Shown piece after piece: positions 19,631 to 29,437 of a stretch of DNA of 64,000 bases. The notes beneath the pieces were generated by a model. The model was not told the DNA's origin and did not search any database. It saw only the letters and a program-made list of their open reading frames with translations. Position numbers and translations under genes: made by a program. How positions within the stretch are numbered: position 1 is the first letter of the stretch; each line of letters begins with the position of its first letter. The stretch spans positions 307,676 to 371,675 of IMG/VR virus record IMGVR_UViG_3300035212_003113. The stretch is one strand, 5' to 3'.

Positions 19631-19987
19631 ATGAATATAGGGAATCTCTCAATCTCGCCCACCGGTCATGTGTTTTATGGCATAGAGCTAATTGGCACAG
19701 TGGTGCACTTTGACTTTCGTTGTGCTGGTCCAGTTCGCTCCGGTAATTTGTCAATTCGTCCGTGTGAGTGCAATCTGGAGCACTTGGCCCTGGCTACGCA
19801 TCTTGCGCACAATGGCATATCTCTATCGGTTGACATTTTCGCCGAGTTCTGGCCTAACTCATATGTTCGAGATGGTTACTGGTATTTCGAGGCATCGCCT
19901 GGCGACAGCATCCCGCTGAACATAGCTAGTCAGAAACCCCAGGAAGAGGAAGATGATTTTGACATCTGCTTAACAGGCGTTTACTGA
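19631..19987 (+). CDS. hypothetical protein
   Basis: 118-aa ORF with acidic C-terminus. Confidence 0.55.
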   Translation: MNIGNLSISPTGHVFYGIELIGTVVHFDFRCAGPVRSGNLSIRPCECNLEHLALATHLAHNGISLSVDIFAEFWPNSYVRDGYWYFEASPGDSIPLNIASQKPQEEEDDFDICLTGVY

Positions 19988-20685
19988 AGCCGGCTCCAAT
20001 CGAAGTTCGGGGCTAGATCCAGTTTCTCGCGTCGAAAGTTCACATGAGACACGACGCCCGCTGCGCCAGCGAGCACCTTTCCCGGCACGGTCTCGAAGCG
20101 CACGCTTTCTGGCAACAGTGTATTGGGTATAGAATACTTGCCACTCAGATCAGCAACGAGGCGCTTCAGGGTGCTGTACTGCTCTGTAGTATAGCTGGCA
20201 AAGTACTCATATCCACGATAGGAGACTGCAGCATATGCCTCTGTTGTGCTAGTACTGCAATAATCTTTCCCGTATATGTCGACCAAGCGGTCGCCGTTCT
20301 TTTTAAGAGGCCCAATGTTACTTATCTCTATGCCAATGCTGGAGAAGGACGCCTCACTATTGCGGTAGCCTTCGCCAATTCCCAGGTGATAAGCCGAGTA
20401 ATCAGGATGGAAAAGCTGATATGCAGTGCCATCGCGTGCAAGCACAAATGCAGTGCTAACCGTATTTTCAGTTAAGGTTGCAATGTCTCCGGTCAGTACG
20501 CCGCATGTGTTGTGACAAACAATAAACTTTTTCTTCAGCTTTTTATCCAGGTAGTGAGTGGTTTTTGGAGCCTGTAGCCCGATCACATATGGAAATACTC
20601 CTTCCACCTGTTTAAACTTTTTGCCGCCAGCAATAAGAGTTTGCTTGAAACCACTTTCTATTCCTGGAATTTTGCCGTATCTCAT
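19981..20685 (-). CDS. N-acetylmuramoyl-L-alanine amidase (Amidase_2-like), endolysin candidate
   Basis: IVCHNT, STAFVLARDGTAYQL, AYHLG, SIGIEISN, SHVNF...D. Confidence 0.85.
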   Translation of the reverse strand: MRYGKIPGIESGFKQTLIAGGKKFKQVEGVFPYVIGLQAPKTTHYLDKKLKKKFIVCHNTCGVLTGDIATLTENTVSTAFVLARDGTAYQLFHPDYSAYHLGIGEGYRNSEASFSSIGIEISNIGPLKKNGDRLVDIYGKDYCSTSTTEAYAAVSYRGYEYFASYTTEQYSTLKRLVADLSGKYSIPNTLLPESVRFETVPGKVLAGAAGVVSHVNFRREKLDLAPNFDWSRLQ

Positions 20686-20822
20686 GTTTATGGGCTATCA
20701 AATTAGTACACTTAATGTATGTTGCATCAAGATGTCGCAGTCCACGGATTACTTGACGTCTTCGCAAAATTCCGTTGTACATCGCTGCTAGTGAGCCGCA
20801 ATGCGCGGCCAGAAGTAACGGA

Positions 20823-21323
20823 ATGCAAATGATCGAGAGAGTATTACTCCTTACGCAGTCTTACCAGCCGATCTCGGCAGTATCCTGGCGCAAGTGCGCA
20901 GACCTTGTTATCTTCAGGGAAAAAGCCGAGGTAGTTGCGTATTATGCTGATGGCAAGCCTGCAGCAATCCGTCTACTGGTGCGAACGCCAGATCCACATC
21001 GCTGGTTACGTAAGGCCGAGAACACCCGATATGTAAAGAGCAATGTATTTATGCGCGATGATTTCACATGCGTGTATTGCGGCTACCGCTCTGCTACTGG
21101 AAAAAATCTAACGATTGACCATGTGATTCCACGAAGTCGCGGTGGTGGGTCTACCTATAAGAACTGCGTCACTGCCTGCAAGACCTGTAACAACTTCAAG
21201 GATTGCTATACTCCGGAAGAAGCCGGCATGAAAATGCTGTACCAAACAAGGTGCCATAACGTGGAGTCGCTGTACTTCATAAGAGAAGTTCCTGAAGAGT
21301 GGAAGGTGTTTCTAGGCATATAG
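20823..21323 (+). CDS. HNH endonuclease
   Basis: RDDFTCVYCG, LTIDHVIPRSRGG, NCVTACKTCNNFK. Confidence 0.9.
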   Translation: MQMIERVLLLTQSYQPISAVSWRKCADLVIFREKAEVVAYYADGKPAAIRLLVRTPDPHRWLRKAENTRYVKSNVFMRDDFTCVYCGYRSATGKNLTIDHVIPRSRGGGSTYKNCVTACKTCNNFKDCYTPEEAGMKMLYQTRCHNVESLYFIREVPEEWKVFLGI

Positions 21324-21356
21324 TGCTTTGCTTGTAAGAGTACATCGGAGGTTCCG

Positions 21357-21581
21357 ATGTTTGACAAGAGCATTCAGACCGGTGATGGCGGGCTGCTAAA
21401 GATTAGTACAAGACTGGTTGGAGCAGAGGAGCGTGTATTGCTAACTCTTTCCGGCAAGTCAGGTGTATACGTTGTTGACGCAAATACGCTCTTAACAGAA
21501 GGCGCAGTTCGCGAGATAGTTGATGCTTTAAATGATGCCCTATTGTCACGCCGGCTCTCGCCCCCAGCGGAGAAAAAGTAA
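21357..21581 (+). CDS. hypothetical protein
   Basis: 74 aa, GGAGG upstream. Confidence 0.55.
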   Translation: MFDKSIQTGDGGLLKISTRLVGAEERVLLTLSGKSGVYVVDANTLLTEGAVREIVDALNDALLSRRLSPPAEKK

Positions 21582-22882
21582 TGGATATAGTTTACGATGT
21601 GATAATCATTGGCGGCGGTGCCGCAGGTGTGCTTGCAGCAGTGGAGCTAGCAAGCTCTACGAATCTAACAGTTGCTCTGCTGGAAAAAGCACGACGCCTG
21701 AATGATGCTCGAAATATCGGCTATTGCTGGCTTGGTGCGTCGGCACGCAGCAGTGCTCGTTTATTCAAGGATCCAGCAGTTGGCGGCTCAGGCTTTTCGT
21801 CAGAGGAGTGGACTCAGTTCGCCGAGCACATGCGCCACTATTATGGCTCGCCCCTTAAATTCAAGAAGCCAAAGCTTGGCAAGCGTACTCAAAAAGAAAT
21901 AGAGGACAATGGCTTTGCTGTTGCCGGCCATGAGATGTGCACTCTATCAGAGGAGCAGTTCATCCGCTGTGCGGATCGCATGCACATGGTTCTCAAGAGG
22001 AATATAAACATAATTCACAAGTGCGACATTGCATCAATTACAAAGGTGCCAGCGGGTCAAGACCTCCCCGAGCATTTCCTTATAGAGACGGATGATTTCC
22101 CATACCGCGCCAAGCAGGTACTGCTATCGACCGGTCGCTCGTCGCAGCAGTGGTGGGAGGACCTCCCTAAGAACTTCTCTGTTCCATTCTCGGCTGACTC
22201 ATTCAACATCGGCTTGCGCGTCGAGATCCCAACGCATCACATCGATTCGGCACTGACAAAAGACTTTGAGCACAAGCTATACTGGGATAAGTGGCGTACA
22301 TCAATGCCGATTCGTCGCATGAATGTAGAGACCGAAGAGGTCGGGCAGCTCAAGATATCCAATTCACGGCAGTGTCACAACGGCAAGAAGACGTACAGCA
22401 GCCTTTCGATCTCATGTGATCATGCCTCAGGTTCTGCGGCTCAGTCACAGCAGCGTCTAGTGGCGCTTAGCAACGTACTAAGCGACTTCCAGTTGAGCAG
22501 AGAGCCTGCCTCAAAACTGGTTTCTGGCGACTCTGTACTAAGTCCTATTCCAGAATATTCTGCATTTGCTCTTGCCCTAAAAGATCTTGCGCGTATTATA
22601 CCCAATATAATAGAGCGTGGCATGATATTCAGCCCTGAGGCAAATCTAAATGTTCGGAAGTACGCTCTATCCCCCGATGGTCATAGTCCGACGTCTGGGT
22701 TTTATATGATGGGAGATATAACAGGTCATCAAACTAGTTTTGTTCAGGCGGCAATAAGCGGACTTCGCACAGCGAATGGAATTATTGCACAGACGTCGAA
22801 GAACAAACTCAAGAAGAAAGAGGAGTTAGATTATGCAACTATCGAATCAGCCAGCAGAAAAAAAGCTAAGAAAGAAGATTAA
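21581..22882 (+). CDS. FAD-dependent oxidoreductase-like protein (COG2509-like, divergent)
   Basis: YDVIIIGGGAAG, LLSTGR, GLRVEI, MGDITG...QAAISG. Confidence 0.75.
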   Translation: MDIVYDVIIIGGGAAGVLAAVELASSTNLTVALLEKARRLNDARNIGYCWLGASARSSARLFKDPAVGGSGFSSEEWTQFAEHMRHYYGSPLKFKKPKLGKRTQKEIEDNGFAVAGHEMCTLSEEQFIRCADRMHMVLKRNINIIHKCDIASITKVPAGQDLPEHFLIETDDFPYRAKQVLLSTGRSSQQWWEDLPKNFSVPFSADSFNIGLRVEIPTHHIDSALTKDFEHKLYWDKWRTSMPIRRMNVETEEVGQLKISNSRQCHNGKKTYSSLSISCDHASGSAAQSQQRLVALSNVLSDFQLSREPASKLVSGDSVLSPIPEYSAFALALKDLARIIPNIIERGMIFSPEANLNVRKYALSPDGHSPTSGFYMMGDITGHQTSFVQAAISGLRTANGIIAQTSKNKLKKKEELDYATIESASRKKAKKED

Positions 22883-23222
22883 GCCATTGTTTGATCGCGT
22901 ACTGCTGGAGCCACTGCTGCAGAAGCAGGCCGGCAAGATTCTTGTTCATGATGACCTAGCTAAGCAGTCCCTGTCGCTTGCGCGTGTAGTTGCGTGCGGG
23001 CCAGGCAAGCTGCGTGCTGATACCAATGACTATCTCGTATGCCAACTGCAGCCAGGTGATCTTGTCTATATCAACCCAATGCTCGGTAACCGCGTTCGTT
23101 GTCCGTCGGATATGGAGTTCGTGGTAGAGGGAGCAGCAGAGAACGGTGGCGACCTCCTCCTTGAGGGTGGCAAGGACTATCATCTCCAGACTGAAGATTC
23201 CATCTATATGCGAATCGTTTGA
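22833..23222 (+). CDS. groES: GroES/Cpn10-like co-chaperonin
   Basis: IKPLFDRVLL...ARVVACGPGK...LQPGDLV. Confidence 0.8.
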   Translation: MQLSNQPAEKKLRKKIKPLFDRVLLEPLLQKQAGKILVHDDLAKQSLSLARVVACGPGKLRADTNDYLVCQLQPGDLVYINPMLGNRVRCPSDMEFVVEGAAENGGDLLLEGGKDYHLQTEDSIYMRIV

Positions 23223-23237
23223 AGGGCGGTTACTAGA

Positions 23238-23528
23238 GTGAACGACAACGATAATGTTTTTGAAGAGTCAGAGTTTGTAAAGGTAGTCCCAACTGATGAG
23301 GACTTTGATTCCGGCCTAGAGGGGCGCAATGGGCCAATGTACCATGTGCGCTTTTGTAAGACGGATGTCAAGGTGCTAATTGACACAAAGATTGTCGCGG
23401 AAGTCGATTACGGCGACCTGCTCCCTGGCTTTGATCGTTCAGACTACAAAGTAGTGATGACAATGGTCAAGGATATTAAGGAGATGTCGCTTGATGCCTG
23501 GCTGAAGAAGTACAAAACTGTAAAGTGA
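23238..23528 (+). CDS. hypothetical protein
   Basis: 96-aa ORF, GTG start. Confidence 0.5.
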   Translation: MNDNDNVFEESEFVKVVPTDEDFDSGLEGRNGPMYHVRFCKTDVKVLIDTKIVAEVDYGDLLPGFDRSDYKVVMTMVKDIKEMSLDAWLKKYKTVK

Positions 23529-23531
23529 AGA

Positions 23532-23753
23532 ATGACAAGAAAAGAGAAGAAAGACTATCGCAGCCAACCTCCAACGCAGCTATATATAGTATGGGTTGAT
23601 GGCAAGTGGCGCTTCTATAAAAACTCTGCACAGGCATCGCGGCGCTTTATCGAGGCCGCAGATGCAGACAGTAGAGCGCAGCTGATCCGATACGAAGCAG
23701 TAGAAATTGTTGGCGAAGCCAATATTGATAGACAAATAAAAGCATCGCAGTAG
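23532..23753 (+). CDS. hypothetical protein
   Basis: 73-aa ORF. Confidence 0.5.
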   Translation: MTRKEKKDYRSQPPTQLYIVWVDGKWRFYKNSAQASRRFIEAADADSRAQLIRYEAVEIVGEANIDRQIKASQ

Positions 23754-23936
23754 AATTTCGTTATATAGTGTTATAGAGAATGGGCCGCACCAGCTGCCCA
23801 TTTTCGCTTTCTATAGCGGTTTTTTTACCGATCAATAAGCATAGCGAACTTTACCCTTTCTTCGGTGACGACGTCGGCAGACGTAGTCTGGTAGATAAGC
23901 CCAGCGCCATATAGGTTGATGATTAGTGAGGATTAT

Positions 23937-24917
23937 ATGACAGACTCGCCTCGTTTAATGACAAAAACAGAGAGCTTTGTGGTGGAGTATCCACAGGCCG
24001 TAGACTTTGCAAACAAGCAACTTAAGATATTTTGGCTGCCGGATGAGATCAAGGTAGAGAAGGATGTGCAGGATATCCTGGTTAATATGACGCCTGCAGA
24101 AAAGCATGGCGTAATTACGACCTTACGCCTGTTTACGCTTTATGAGCTAAAGGCCGGAGCAGAGTACTGGGGCGGTCGTTTTATGCGTCTGTTTCCTCGA
24201 CCTGAACTAATGCGCATGGCAAGCGCATTCAGTATGTTTGAGCTGGCAGTGCACAAGCCATTCTATAACAAGATCAATGAGCTACTGCATCTAAATACAG
24301 ATGAGTTTTATCTGTCTTACGCAGCAGACCCTGTGCTCGCAGAGCGCATGGCGTTCATCGATCAGATTGTCAGTGGAGATGATCCGCTGCTATCGCTGGC
24401 CGGCTTTTCAATGGTAGAAGGAGCTGTGCTTTATAGCTCTTTTGCGTTCCTAAAGCATTTCCAGTCAAAGGGCAAGAACAAGCTCAACAACGTAGTACGC
24501 GGCATTAACTTTAGTGTTCGCGATGAGAACCTGCATAGCATGGGCGGCGCCTGGGCATTTAAGCAGCTGCTGGAGGAGATGGCTCCTGATCAGGGCGCAC
24601 TCAAGGAGCTCGAGAGCAAGATATTTGCTATCGCTAATACCCTGTGTGAGCACGAGCATCGCATCGTAGAGATGATTTTTGAAAAAGGCGACATAGAGGG
24701 CATTTCAAAAGAACAGATGCAGATCTTTGTCAAGAGCCGTGTAAACGTGTGCCTGTCGCAACTGGGCTTTGCACCGCTCTTCAAGGTAGATCCAGAAGAA
24801 GATCGTGTGTCTGCTTGGTTCTACCGCGGTATAAATAACTACGGCTACAATGATTTTTTTGCCGGGGCGGGTAAAGAGTATAACCGCAACTGGGATGAGT
24901 TCGGATTTACTTGGTGA
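23937..24917 (+). CDS. nrdB: class I ribonucleotide reductase beta subunit
   Basis: FWLPDEI, ELAVHKPFY, VEGAVLYSSF, RDENLH; ATG 23937 after GAGG. Confidence 0.92.
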   Translation: MTDSPRLMTKTESFVVEYPQAVDFANKQLKIFWLPDEIKVEKDVQDILVNMTPAEKHGVITTLRLFTLYELKAGAEYWGGRFMRLFPRPELMRMASAFSMFELAVHKPFYNKINELLHLNTDEFYLSYAADPVLAERMAFIDQIVSGDDPLLSLAGFSMVEGAVLYSSFAFLKHFQSKGKNKLNNVVRGINFSVRDENLHSMGGAWAFKQLLEEMAPDQGALKELESKIFAIANTLCEHEHRIVEMIFEKGDIEGISKEQMQIFVKSRVNVCLSQLGFAPLFKVDPEEDRVSAWFYRGINNYGYNDFFAGAGKEYNRNWDEFGFTW

Positions 24918-24925
24918 GGCATATT

Positions 24926-26620
24926 ATGGATCTTTATGAAAAACTATCTACTGAGCGCAAAGAGCTACAGGCCCAGGGCCTGATACCTGAATGGTACAGC
25001 ACTGCCGGATGGCAGATGTTCAAGGAGCGCTATCTTAGTGGCACAGATCGCGCAGTACGCGGTCAGTTCGAGCGCATTGCGGCAACGGCCGCTCGTCATT
25101 TGCGCAGCATTGGCAAAGAGGAAGAGGCTCGGGAGAAGTTCTTCCAGATGCTTTGGGACGGATGGCTAAGCCCTAGCACTCCAGTCCTGTCTAACATGGG
25201 CACAAACAAGGGCATGCCCATCAGCTGCAGTGGCACATACGTAGGCGACGAGATCGACCAATTTTATGGAGTACGGCACGAGACTGCCATGCTTACCAAG
25301 AATGGCTTCGGTACTGCAGCCTATCTCGGCGACATTCGTCCTCGCGGTAGCAAGATTAGCCGGGGCGGCAAGGCGTCCGGAGTTCTGCCTGTTTTCAAGG
25401 GCTTTGTACAGGATTCGCGAGACGTAAGCCAGGGCACCCGTCGTGGCGCATGGGCAGGGTACCTGCCAATTGATCATGGCGACTTTGACGAGCTTGCTGA
25501 CTATGTAATGGCAGAAGTCGATGACTGCAACGTTGGCTGGAATGTTAGCGATGCCTTTATCGCAAAGCTCGATGCTGGCGACCCAGAGGCTGTGCGACGC
25601 TACCAGAAAGCCATGAAGATGAAGATGGTAACCGGTCGCGGATACTTCTTCTTTCCAGACAAGGCAAATAAAAAGCGTCCCAAGATGTATGTCGAGCGCG
25701 GTCTTGATGTCAAGGCACCGCAGCTGTGCAACGAGATCATGCTTCATTCGAGCAAGGAATTCACGTATACCTGTGTACTGTCAAATATGAACCTCGCTCA
25801 CTATGATGCGTGGAAAGACACAGATGCAGTATTCTGGGCTACAGTATTCTTGGACTGCGTTATTTCCGAGTTCCTCGAGAAAGCAGAGAGCGAGCCAATG
25901 CTTGGCAAGGCTGTTCGTTTTACGAAGGCCGGTCGTGCTCTTGGCCTGGGCGTTTGCGGCTTCCATTCATATCTTCAGGAAAAGCGCTTGGCGTACGAGA
26001 GTCTTGATGCACACTTCAAGAACATGGAAATCTTTAAGCATCTGCATGATGAGTCCAAGCGCGCTTCGGCGTGGCTGGCGCAGCAGCTCGGCGAGCCTGA
26101 GTGGTGTGTAGGACATGGTGTGAGAAATACCCACAATATCGCACTTCCTCCCACCAAGTCAACGGCGCTACTTATGGGCGGCGTTTCAGAGGGAATCTCT
26201 CCTGATCCTGCCATGACATATACCCAGACTTCTGCTGCAGGCGAAGTGGACCGAATCGTAGTTCCTCTACTGAAGCTCATGAAGGAGCGCGGAGTGTATA
26301 CGGATGCTGTGATCAATGACCTTGTTGATCATCAAGGTTCCGTTCAGCATGTAGCTTGGCTAACTGATGACGAGAAGGCCGTCTTTAAGACTGCGTTTGA
26401 AATCAATCAAAAGACTGTGCTGCGCATGGCTGCTGCCCGTGCTAAGCATATCGACCAATGGCAAAGTCTTAATCTTTTCTTTGCTGCAGACGAGGATCCT
26501 GCGTGGATTTCGGAATGCCACAAGGTAGCTTTCCATGACCCCGACATCCTTGGGCTGTACTATATCTATACCCAGGCTGGAGTTCAGGCCAGCAAGGGCG
26601 AGTGCGAGGCCTGCCAGTAA
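24926..26620 (+). CDS. nrdA: class I ribonucleotide reductase alpha subunit (short, no ATP cone)
   Basis: SPSTPVLSN, ISC, QLCNEI, TCVLS, PPTKS, YYIY, C-terminal CEAC. Confidence 0.93.
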   Translation: MDLYEKLSTERKELQAQGLIPEWYSTAGWQMFKERYLSGTDRAVRGQFERIAATAARHLRSIGKEEEAREKFFQMLWDGWLSPSTPVLSNMGTNKGMPISCSGTYVGDEIDQFYGVRHETAMLTKNGFGTAAYLGDIRPRGSKISRGGKASGVLPVFKGFVQDSRDVSQGTRRGAWAGYLPIDHGDFDELADYVMAEVDDCNVGWNVSDAFIAKLDAGDPEAVRRYQKAMKMKMVTGRGYFFFPDKANKKRPKMYVERGLDVKAPQLCNEIMLHSSKEFTYTCVLSNMNLAHYDAWKDTDAVFWATVFLDCVISEFLEKAESEPMLGKAVRFTKAGRALGLGVCGFHSYLQEKRLAYESLDAHFKNMEIFKHLHDESKRASAWLAQQLGEPEWCVGHGVRNTHNIALPPTKSTALLMGGVSEGISPDPAMTYTQTSAAGEVDRIVVPLLKLMKERGVYTDAVINDLVDHQGSVQHVAWLTDDEKAVFKTAFEINQKTVLRMAAARAKHIDQWQSLNLFFAADEDPAWISECHKVAFHDPDILGLYYIYTQAGVQASKGECEACQ

Positions 26621-26665
26621 TTAAAATGTATAATGGTAGGCCACTGCCCGCGGCTGTGGTCGGAG

Positions 26666-26701
26666 CAAGCCGGGACTTGGTTCTCGGCTTGTTTCTTTTT
26701 T
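26666..26701 (+). terminator. intrinsic terminator downstream of nrdA
   Basis: CAAGCCGGGA...TCTCGGCTTG stem followed by TTTCTTTTTT. Confidence 0.7.
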
Positions 26702-26734
26702 ATATTACTTAGCCCTCAGTTCTATGAGGTGTCT

Positions 26735-27187
26735 ATGGGACGCGTAATTGCTGGCGTGTTGGCATTGTTCTTGAGTTCATGCATTGGACATGTGGAACCT
26801 GCTGTGCAGCCGACTGCGGTGGCGCCGGTAGCGTCTGCCGCAGCAGATGAAAAGACTGCTTTTTGCAGCATGGCACAGCAGCAGATGGCCCACAATGAAA
26901 CGGTCTCTAGAGCCAAAGCCGCTGAGGGCGGACTCGACCTAAAAATAAAGATTACGGAGTGCGACCTGGTAGGTAATTCTGCAGGTCGCATTTATTATAC
27001 CCTGAACACGACCATGGGCGAGCAGCCTGTTCTCACGGTTGACTCTGTTGCAATAATTATGCGTATCGATGGCACATGGACGATAGTGAAAGATTCGCCG
27101 ATCTATGTAATAAATCATGTACTAGGGGAGTTCTCTTGGTTCGTTAATGAACCGCTCACTGATGACGACCGAGGGCAGGATATATAG
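26735..27187 (+). CDS. putative lipoprotein
   Basis: MGRVIAGVLALFLSSC signal/lipobox-like N-terminus; GAGG upstream. Confidence 0.6.
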   Translation: MGRVIAGVLALFLSSCIGHVEPAVQPTAVAPVASAAADEKTAFCSMAQQQMAHNETVSRAKAAEGGLDLKIKITECDLVGNSAGRIYYTLNTTMGEQPVLTVDSVAIIMRIDGTWTIVKDSPIYVINHVLGEFSWFVNEPLTDDDRGQDI

Positions 27188-27196
27188 GAGAGTGAA

Positions 27197-27466
27197 ATGG
27201 CCATTACACCAGATATTGCACTTGAGCTAACAGATGATCAGCTGATCACAATAGCAGATGTTCAAGCTGAAGTGGATCTGTACCTGGCCAATGAATACTC
27301 CGATGGCCGCAGCGTAGAGGTGCGTCACGCGCTTCTTGCGCCGCTATTTGCGTACGAAGAAAAAGTACTTGATGCGTTTGTGTTGATGTATCAGGCCGCC
27401 GGCTGGACGGTGGTCCGCTACCCTGACAAGCGTCAGGGCGATTGGCTCTCTTTTTCTAGAACCTGA
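27197..27466 (+). CDS. hypothetical protein
   Basis: 89 aa, AGGAG upstream. Confidence 0.65.
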   Translation: MAITPDIALELTDDQLITIADVQAEVDLYLANEYSDGRSVEVRHALLAPLFAYEEKVLDAFVLMYQAAGWTVVRYPDKRQGDWLSFSRT

Positions 27467-27819
27467 TCCACCCACCAGTTTATTGCCCCGGCTATAAAAG
27501 CTGATTGCTCTGCAGATATCCGCGCAACCAGTGCATCTCTGATCGCAAGCAGTTTTTTGGTAGCTGGTAGTCTCGAGAAACCCGGGCAATCTACGATCAC
27601 TGGCAACAGGTCCCTGCGTTTAAAAGGCGCCGGGCTGCCGGTCACCAATAGATGCGACAGCATATCGTCTTCTGGCTCAAGTACAAAACCCCATGCCGAT
27701 GAAGACAACACATAGCTGGGTCGACCACTGAAGTGCAGCTTAGTGGGGCGATTGGGAGAGGGCGCCTCTGCAGGTTCGTCATCGACCGTAAAGCGCACGC
27801 CGAGGTTTGCCAGCTTCAA
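27433..27819 (-). CDS. MKL-signature hypothetical protein
   Basis: TTG start, MKLANLGV; 4-nt overlap with the upstream stop. Confidence 0.6.
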   Translation of the reverse strand: MKLANLGVRFTVDDEPAEAPSPNRPTKLHFSGRPSYVLSSSAWGFVLEPEDDMLSHLLVTGSPAPFKRRDLLPVIVDCPGFSRLPATKKLLAIRDALVARISAEQSAFIAGAINWWVDQVLEKESQSP

Positions 27820-28061
27820 TAGAGCTCCAGGTATATCGCGACAATTTCTACGCCAAAGAGTCGCGACATTCGTTCTGCACTAAGTGGTGGGATCTGTTCC
27901 CGTCCTATCTCCCGGAAATCACCCAGCATGGTCATGTGCATTATGTCTGACGGAATGCTGTACTCCGCCATGACCTTTACATCACCGCTGGTGACGTCCT
28001 CTACACCAAGCAGGGAGTCGGAGATTATTACGTATTGAAACCGAATATCATCTAGTTTCAT
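27816..28061 (-). CDS. MKL-signature hypothetical protein
   Basis: MKLDDIRF; ATGA overlap with the upstream stop. Confidence 0.6.
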   Translation of the reverse strand: MKLDDIRFQYVIISDSLLGVEDVTSGDVKVMAEYSIPSDIMHMTMLGDFREIGREQIPPLSAERMSRLFGVEIVAIYLELY

Positions 28062-28390
28062 AGTCCGCCTGAGTATGATCGGAACCAGCGAATACGTTCA
28101 AGAGAATCTGCGTCAAACAGATCTGCGTTGCTATCTAGATGGTTCGCAAGAGGAGCTCTGCAGTCTCCAGAACGGATGATGTCCGGCTTATACTCACTCC
28201 TATAGGTAGTGCGCTCGTAGTCATTCAAAGTAATCTTTTCTTCCCAGACGGAAATCAGCCCAATTCTGCGCCTTAGCCAGATCTCTATTATGTCATAGGA
28301 CGAGCCGATTACTAGTAGTGATACTGGCTGCAGGGCTCCTATTTCACGCCCACCGGTTTTAAAGTATGGGAAGAACCTGGATAATTTCAA
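28058..28390 (-). CDS. MKL-signature hypothetical protein (re-called start)
   Basis: TTG 28390 overlaps the stop of 28387..28974 and gives MKLSRFFP...; C-terminal LANHLDSNADLFDADSLE. Confidence 0.55.
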   Translation of the reverse strand: MKLSRFFPYFKTGGREIGALQPVSLLVIGSSYDIIEIWLRRRIGLISVWEEKITLNDYERTTYRSEYKPDIIRSGDCRAPLANHLDSNADLFDADSLERIRWFRSYSGGL

Positions 28391-28974
28391 GGGGTTGCTA
28401 TACTGGCTGCCCGTCGCGCGAGCTCGGCATCGAGAGCATCTGCCTCTGCAAAAAGACCTTCTGCATCTAGTCGCTCGGCAAGTGCTGCCAACTCTGTAGA
28501 CCGCAGCTCGCTGAGCGTCTCTGTATCGGCGCCTGCCAGGCGGACTATGCCTTCGAAAAGGGGCAGTAGAGTGGCGCGTGCTTTTTTCTTTTTCTTGGCC
28601 TTGGCATCTGCAGCATCCATCTGGCGCACGATTTTGCGAGCCCAAGCATAGCCGGGCTGGCCGCCCCAAATAGCGCCCGCAATATAGCCGCGATCAGTTT
28701 GAGGAGTTTTACCGGGATCGACCTTGATATTTTTCTCATGCCGCATGAAAAAACGCAACATGCGACGTACGGTTGATGGATTAAGAGTGTTGCGGTTCTT
28801 AAGGTTTACTGCGCGCTGAACACCAGATCCAACGCCTTCTTTCTTGGCCTGACTGGTAGTAAGTCCACCCTTGTGGCTTTTCTTGGCTTTTTGGCGCAGC
28901 TCAAGGCCGCGAGCCGCCGCATCGGCAACGCTCTTCGGCGGTTTAAAGTCTATGTGATCGTATTTGCCGGCCAT
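28387..28974 (-). CDS. conserved phage protein (FKPP...RMLRFFxRH...WGG type domain, often head-associated)
   Basis: FKPPKSVADAAARGLELR, TVRRMLRFFMRHE, IWGGQPGYAWARKIV. Confidence 0.7.
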   Translation of the reverse strand: MAGKYDHIDFKPPKSVADAAARGLELRQKAKKSHKGGLTTSQAKKEGVGSGVQRAVNLKNRNTLNPSTVRRMLRFFMRHEKNIKVDPGKTPQTDRGYIAGAIWGGQPGYAWARKIVRQMDAADAKAKKKKKARATLLPLFEGIVRLAGADTETLSELRSTELAALAERLDAEGLFAEADALDAELARRAASIATP

Positions 28975-29086
28975 TGTTCACCTCTTTTTTACTAGCGGAA
29001 ATATCCTATGAATAGATATATTTTCCGCACTGTTATTTGGCGCAGCAAGCGCGCTGATTCGCATCTCCTGTAAGAATATTTGCAAA

Positions 29087-29437
29087 ATGAAGCTGGCTAA
29101 TTTCTTTTACCTTCTTAGCGATGAACAAGTCTTCACCATATTCCGAGCCGTGTATCGTCCATCGGTGTCCGATGCCGCAATTACAGAGCTTGTTCAGCTA
29201 TGTCTGAGTTCAATACCCGACGACATCATAATCTCCGAGTGGTTTCTTTTTGAAGAGCTGCGACTAACAAGACGAAACAATAGACAATTGCCTGCGAAAA
29301 CATTTTACCTTATGTCATCAGATGATAAAAAACAGTACTTCATCCGTCATAGCGGCAATCGTCGCCGCCCTCTTTCGCATATCGGCTTTGCCGCTATTGC
29401 ATACCCGCTCAACATGCGGCTACTGGTAAAGCTATGA
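29087..29437 (+). CDS. MKL-signature hypothetical protein
   Basis: MKLANFFY. Confidence 0.6.
   Translation: MKLANFFYLLSDEQVFTIFRAVYRPSVSDAAITELVQLCLSSIPDDIIISEWFLFEELRLTRRNNRQLPAKTFYLMSSDDKKQYFIRHSGNRRRPLSHIGFAAIAYPLNMRLLVKL

Noticed and set aside
23757-23775. NrdR box upstream of nrdB
   Set aside because: Only a half-site (ATATAGTGT) matches and no tandem box is present
28391-28669. Upstream half of the 203-aa ORF 28058..28669 (-)
   Set aside because: Lies wholly inside the real gene 28387..28974 in another frame; start re-called at TTG 28390
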